The notes beneath the pieces were generated by a model that was given only the letters and a program-made list of their open reading frames with translations, was not told where the DNA came from and ran no database searches. The translations under genes were made by a program, and so were the position numbers. A DNA stretch of 63,996 nucleotides, filler included, from Dimargaris cristalligena (Eukaryota): the NCBI GenBank assembly GCA_003614675.1. It is 3 parts of 3 records of this genome, joined end to end, with 100 filler letters (N's around TTAATTAATTAA, not from the genome) between each part and the next. Parts side by side here need not be neighbours in the genome. Positions count along the whole stretch, not along the records: positions 43,124 to 63,996 come from ML002684.1; 2 more parts are not named here. One strand, given 5' to 3'. Of this stretch, positions 57,958-63,996 are shown piece by piece (position 1 is the stretch's first letter; every line of letters begins with the position of its first letter).

Positions 57958-60907
57958 CTAAACCACCTGATCACTAAACCAGCGGTTGTAATCAAGCCGC
58001 ATCAGCAGCTGGTTAAGGTGTTTGGTGGCATAGAACGTGGAGAGTTCGGATTGTAAATGCCACGGGGCGTTCGTCGGCGAATCCCGGGTGGTCTCTCCTA
58101 ATGTGGCAGTGCATAAATTAATGACAGTTGGATTAGTTTCAAACCACAGCAGAAGCGATGTAATCGATGGAATGCAACAGAAAACCTACCCGTGTATACT
58201 ACGCCAAATAGTGCCATAGATGGTTTTAAAAGGCACAGTAGTGTGATGTAAAACCACAGTAGACAACGGGGCCGTAACTCCCCACCCACCATGGAAAATA
58301 GGAGAATAAGTGGATAGGTATAATTGAAATTGAGCGTGGCCCTGCAGGGAAATACATGACTTACCCGATGTGGCATTGTCCAATCCGGTGTCCGTGAACA
58401 ACCGGGACAATTCCTCTTCGTCTCGATTATGAGTGGCCTTAAAATTAGGTGCAAGCTGGGTCTGACCCTGCTGACTGTTGTTCATGGTACTCAGACTTCG
58501 GAAAAGAAATTGAACGTGTGAATTGAAGGTCTATCCCAGGGATACAAGGTCAAAAATGGTAGCAACGGAGCTGAAGTATTAGTCGTTGGCCGTAAATAAT
58601 AAGAGCAATATAAATGCCCGAGTCGTGGAACTATGCAATACGATTCCTATACCGGGTTATTTGAATAGCCCTTCACAACCGAGTCGGCACAACTACGTTA
58701 ATAATAAAATTGATCAATCAACTGACTTTTTGAAGCCCCTGCAGAGACTTGTAAATATCAGTTTCGGTAGCCGACATGGCGTGGAATTCCTGGAGGGCCT
58801 TTTGGCCAGCGGGGGCCCGTCGGGTTGGTTGCCCCCGCAGAGACATCCACCGTTCACACACCCCGCAAATGGACTCACAGGCCTCCAAGGCCCCTTGGAT
58901 AGCATCACTAAGCGGGCGGGAGCGCATCAGGAGGCCCCTTTCAATATAGTTGAGAAAGTTCCGGTGGAGGATTTGGAAATCGTTGAGATCCAAAAATTGG
59001 TCCGGGTGGGTTAATGAAGCTGGGTTGGTCGGGGAGCTGGTCATCGCGGCGCGGGGTGACCGAGGGGAGGCCATTTCGCTACCGGAGTCGCAGGCCGAGC
59101 GACGCGCCGTATGACCGAATATATCCGTATCCTCGGCGTCGCTCCCGGGCGTGGGGGATGAGGTCGGGTTGGGCGCGTAGACCGTCCGTAGAAAGGTGCG
59201 GTAGGCGTAATCGATGATGTCCGTTTGGAAATGCGCGGTTAGGCCGTCCAGCCACTGCAGCATGAGCCAGCGCAGTTGGTAGATTAAACTAAGAACCGGA
59301 CTGGGCCCCGAATGACCGGCGCCACTGCGGAGCCCCCGGCCGTAGCGGCAAATTTGGGCACAGACCCGGTGGGAACGCGCCTGCACTCGGCGGAGGACTA
59401 GGAGGTACACGAAGATACGCTGGTAGCCCACTAGATCACTATCGTACGTCAGAAGCAGATCGAGGGGCCAGCGGATGAGGTACGTTAGCTGGAGAGGTAA
59501 GCGGTGTTGATGATAAAAGTACAGGGGGTGGCGGGGGTCGGTAGATTCGCTGCTAGTCGAAGGTCCCCCCGGGTTGCTCGAGTGAACCCGTAGGGCAAAC
59601 AAGGCCAGCGTAGGGTTATTTTCTAATTCAGTGCCGATGGCCGCGTGGGGCAAAAGGGATTTGAGTTCGCGGTCCCGGCGCAGGTGAGTGAAGGTAGTGA
59701 CTTTAGTTTGCGGCAAACTCGGGGTGGCTTCGGATCCACCAGCGGGTTGGAAGGACCACTTGTCCAGAACTTCCAGCAGGTTCCCCCAAAAATCACCCTG
59801 GCCAAGTAGATAGAACCCCCGGAAATCCTGCAAGGCCGTTTGAATATGGATACCGATCCGAAGGTCACGCCAAAGCCAGCGGGTCACATCGTTGCGAATC
59901 TCGGTAAATACGGGCAGGCATCGCACCTCATCGTTCAGGAAAACGGACTGATCCACCAGTCCCTGCAGCAGACCCAGGTGGCGCTGACTTTCCACGGAAT
60001 ACGGTGCTAGGGTTCCGGTCGGACCGGATGTGTGACCCTCCCTTTGGAACATGTTGACCACTTTCCCAACGAAAAGGATGGCCTGGGTTACGGCATCGGG
60101 TATATGGCGGGGTAGTCGGCTGGGGTCAATGCAGTACCGATGACGCCACTGGTTATCGGTCGACTGGGTTTCCCGGGTGCCTCCCCCCCCCCCTCCTCCT
60201 CCTCCTCCTCCTACTTCGGTTGGACCAGGAATCCCACCGGGGGCCGCTAATTTAACAGCAAACTCCTGACTGGGATCAACCAGGGTACCATAGACCATCC
60301 ACGCCATGGTATGGTTCCAAAATACCCGGCAGCAGTGGTGGTAAATTCGGCGCATCGCCGAGGCCACTTCCGGAATGCCCGAATTGCAAGCGGAGCGGAT
60401 AGCATCAAGCAGCCGGGCCCCACGGTAGTCAGGCACTGGCGAAGGAGTATCCGGGGCATTCGCATAAGCGGACTTGACCTGGCCTACCAAGGCCAGAGTA
60501 TTGGCGAAAAGCACCTGGTAGGGTTCCGTTTCGCTGCGAATATAGGTGAGCGGGGTGGCCGAACGAGCATACTCCTCTTCCCGCAGGATACGCGCTTCCA
60601 GATCAACGATGTGGCCTTCGTACGGTTGTAGAACGATTTCCTTGACCGCCCTCTGCAGGGTGGTGAAATACAGGCTGGGGGTAGCTGGGTCGGAGGTCGA
60701 GGCGGCGATGGGAGGGTTCGAGGGCGCGTGGGAGCAAAACTCCGTCAGTTCATAATAGGCATTGGCCACTTGGAGGATTTCATTGAGGGCGGCCGTCTCG
60801 GAGGGATGCAGGAACGGAAAATGGGGTGAGACTTGGAGACGATCCTTGGTTTTGACAAACACCTCGCCGGGATGGCCCGCTAATGCAAACAGCAATTCGT
60901 GGAGCAT
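57958..60907 (-). CDS. TUBGCP4: Gamma-tubulin complex component 4 (Spc97/Spc98 family), 3 exons
   Basis: Exons 60907-58727, 58530-58365 and 58097-57958. GCP4-type N-terminus MLHELLFALAGHPG..FPFLHPSE, WMVYGTLVDP.QEF, AILFVGK, FYLLGQGDF, LTY.IRWPLDL, FQTDIID and C-terminal HLNQLLMRLDYNRWFS. Confidence 0.9.
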
Positions 60908-63087
60908 TCTGAAAGACTATGATACACTTAGCGACGACTTGACTTCGACGGCAATGAGGTCAAACAATACCTGTAAAGGGGAGTATTTAATATAAAAAAT
61001 AACAATAGCGATGGGCGATTCGGGATGTGGATGCTTGACGCGGGGACACCAATGTGGTAAAAGACAATAAGGTACACATTGGCCTGGGATACTTTTACAG
61101 GGCAACATCCAACTCCCTCGACTTAGGACCCGAGCCCATAAGCATGGACCACCTTACCTTTTCTATTTGTGAATAATATATCTCTGATATAATTAATGTG
61201 TTAGTACGTGAATATCCAGGCACATCCACCATTACTTCCCTCATAAGTATTTTAAGGGTAAACCAATAGACTCCTAAACCAGCTACTTCGATTAAAACAA
61301 TGATTTTTTTGCCGTAAAGTATCCTTTAGGTATTGAAAATCACTATTTCCTACCAATCTACCCACCGTCTACACTACACTGCTTAGATATACCAGTAAAT
61401 TGCCATCCGACTCGTTTAATTAGCTTATCTGCCAGCCTACCATCTATAAACATTAGCCCCATTTACCAGGAATATACCATCTCTTCATAACAAAATTACT
61501 TGACTGGCCCATGATACTAGCAAGGGCGCCGGGTCTCTGGCCCTATTTAATCGTGCCGGTTTCTACTATACCGTAATTAAATTCTCGCAACTGCCAAATA
61601 ACCAATCTAAGCAATCAATTGGCTCCATTGAAAGTCGGTTAACTAAAGAGGTGTATAATACAATCTATTCTGGGAAACTACAAAATAAGGATTCTAATAA
61701 TTATGTCCAATATTGTAATGAGTGAGGGATCATTCTAAATGGTACACGCTGTATTATATCGGCTTTACCTTTGGAATAATTTGAGTTAAGTTGCCAAAAC
61801 CTTACTATTGTGTTTTTGCATAGTTTCGCAGGGGATATAGCTCAGTTTCTCTGGTAAGCACTGATGGTAGTGCCCGCTGCAACCTGTCGCATATTGTGAC
61901 TCTTACCTATCACTGGATTTTGTAGCTTTAACCGTTTCGCTGCGTTTCTATCTTGCACTAGAAGACGGTAGCAAAATTGACCGTCCAAGCAGCCATTCGC
62001 CTATGGATCTTCCTTTCCAAAGGATTCATATATTGGTCTTTTACATTTGTCAATTATAGTCATCACCGACCATCTCCGGAATCGTACTATATCGGTCTAG
62101 ATAGACCTTGTCTAAATGGCGAGTACAACCAATGCTGGCGAATCCCAAGCATAGATGGTCTATCTGATTTCCCGTCATATTTAAACCAAGGAGCCCCGCT
62201 GGATTTGAGAGGGACCAACCTTTTGCCGAGGGGAAAAGTCTACTAACCTGCAGTTGCTTCAAAACTTGTGTATTACTGCCGAGTCAGTAATAAAATATCC
62301 TTACTTTTTCGATTGCCCAACTCACCGGTGGAAGTGCAAAACAGCGGACTGGTAATTTAAATATTGTCATTTGGAAATATTACTCGCACAATAATCTCCT
62401 AATGCTCAACCAGCCCCATTCACTAGTTATTATTTTTGTTTAATAGCCAGGTGCACTTGGGGCAATTCTATCGACATGGCTTCGCCTTCAAAGGTGGTCC
62501 ATCTCTCCACCTGACGAGCCTTGATGGCCCTTATCACATATCCTCTGGCTCAAGACAGGGGAGGCTCAGTTCCAATAGGGCCAACTTTCTCATTTGTAAT
62601 CGATGAGGGGGAGGGGGGGGGGGGGGTTAAAACCCGCCTTTAGTTGAACGGGACTAGGTTAGTCATCTTGCCGCGGTTATTTGATGTTAGATTGCCTGTG
62701 GGGCCCCCCTTTGTATCCCGGCCTCTAAACCAAGCCCTTGTCGAATATAAAGGCAGCTTGGCGAGAGCGGGGAGTAAGAGTCCAGTGAGCGCCAAAGGGG
62801 GATTATAGGATTTCAAAACGCTCTAACCTTGAAACTCTGGACACCTACGCGCGCCTTATTCGCAGTTTCAATATATACGCGGACGGCTCCCCACCCTCGT
62901 CCCCAACAGCCCTGTTTCCCATTTCCCATGCTTCAGCTCTTATTCTTGGCACCCTCTCTTTTCAGCATATCCAGGACATTACTACAGTAGCATTGCCCCG
63001 TCATTACACACCATTTTCACTCTGTCCACCCACAGGAGCTATCAGTCTATTGCCTCGGCCTGCATCCTCCCCCTATTTATTTTTACC

Positions 63088-63372
63088 ATGCGCCCCCAGT
63101 CGGTTACTCGTGCACTTTTGTACCTCACGTTAGCTGTGTACCTTGCGGCACCCTTAGCAACCGCCCAGCCTCTTCCCGCCCCACCCGCTAAGACATCTAC
63201 TAAATCTGCCGCTCCTGCTCCCAAACCGGGGCTTTGGGGTAGAGCCAAGGGTGCAGTTTCAAAGGTAGTTAATAAGGGTAAAGAGTTGGTTAGTAAGGCC
63301 GCCAATTCCACTGTTGGCCAGGCAGTGACGCAGGGGCTGGCCAACGGGTTAATGGTGAGGGCGGGCATGTAA
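63088..63372 (+). CDS. Small secreted protein (94 aa): signal peptide, Pro/Ala-rich pro-segment and cationic amphipathic helix
   Basis: ACCATG context after a pyrimidine-rich leader. Signal MRPQSVTRALLYLTLAVYLAAPLATA-QP. C-terminal GLWGRAKGAVSKVVNKGKELVSKAANSTVGQAVTQGLANGLMVRAGM. Confidence 0.75.
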   Translation: MRPQSVTRALLYLTLAVYLAAPLATAQPLPAPPAKTSTKSAAPAPKPGLWGRAKGAVSKVVNKGKELVSKAANSTVGQAVTQGLANGLMVRAGM

Positions 63373-63996
63373 TGTATTAATTATCATCTCCCCCCCCCCC
63401 AAAAAAAACACCCAGGCCCACCTCATATTCCCACTCATGCTTCTATTATGGCAACCATTTGGTCCAGTTCGACCACGTTCTAAACAGCATCTCCATTATA
63501 TCTATTCCAACTACCGTTATCGATTATGCATCAAAACCCCTCATTTTGACCGTATCAATAAATAGCATCGTATTTTCTTTTGATTGGATACAGTTTATTG
63601 TGTGAACAGTTAATTTACCTTATGAAACTGGGTCGTTACAGTTTGAAATAAATACTACTCCACGAGCTAATTTTCGCCCTATTAAGTGGGGTGGTTTGGG
63701 ATATCGCTGGCCCATACAAAAGTATTTAGAACCATATTATGGCATTCCATGAATATTTATCGACGATTGATTATATTGTAATGGAGGGCTTCGCCAGTCC
63801 ACGAAGACCGAATGGCAGCTAGATATCGGCATTCCTTCCAACTGTATCCTCTCCGATAAAGTATACATTGTGGGGAGGAGGAGGGCAAGCCGGTGAAAAT
63901 ATAGATTGTCGCGCTTGTCGGTTGAGGATTGTCCCCATGACTACAACCACACCAATCCTTAGCCCGATGGTGAACCAAAAGGGCGTCGTCAGTATA

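Noticed and set aside
61831..61870. GGGGATATAGCTCAG resembling a tRNA-Ala 5' end
   Set aside because: No anticodon arm, TTC T-loop or acceptor-stem complement follows.
63757..63996. Open minus-strand frames running off the window end
   Set aside because: May be the 3' end of a gene outside the window, but neither the frame nor the product can be determined.

Overview
Eukaryotic, fungal genomic DNA with GT-AG introns, GC-rich exons and AT-rich spacers. Gene content suggests an early-diverging lineage, plausibly Zoopagomycota/Kickxellomycotina such as Dimargaris (inference, not checked). Two artificial 100-nt spacers (N44-TTAATTAATTAA-N44) split the window into three contigs: 1-21479, 21580-43023 and 43124-63996. 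Most genes are conserved housekeeping genes: an ankyrin-DysF-FYVE-RING ligase, TFB4, a 13-exon taspase-1 missing from the ORF track, MRPL1, APC2, sphingosine-1-phosphate lyase, EMC3, a PXA-RGS-PX-PXC sorting nexin, a DUF2415-type WD40 protein, LTA4H/LAP2, a PA-TM-RING-like ligase, a 7TM receptor and GCP4. The accessory content is more unusual. (i) The middle 21.4-kb contig is bounded by ~2.4-kb inverted repeats, each carrying an unannotated 45-aa signal-peptide ORF. (ii) There is a secreted protein with a bacterial-type 3D (MltA-like) domain. (iii) There is a secreted dermaseptin/cecropin-like amphipathic peptide precursor. (iv) There is a signal-peptide plus C2H2 zinc-finger gene with an in-frame stop. 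(v) Two copies of one LTR are present, and one is heavily C>T/G>A mutated, suggesting RIP-like or methylation-driven repeat defence.
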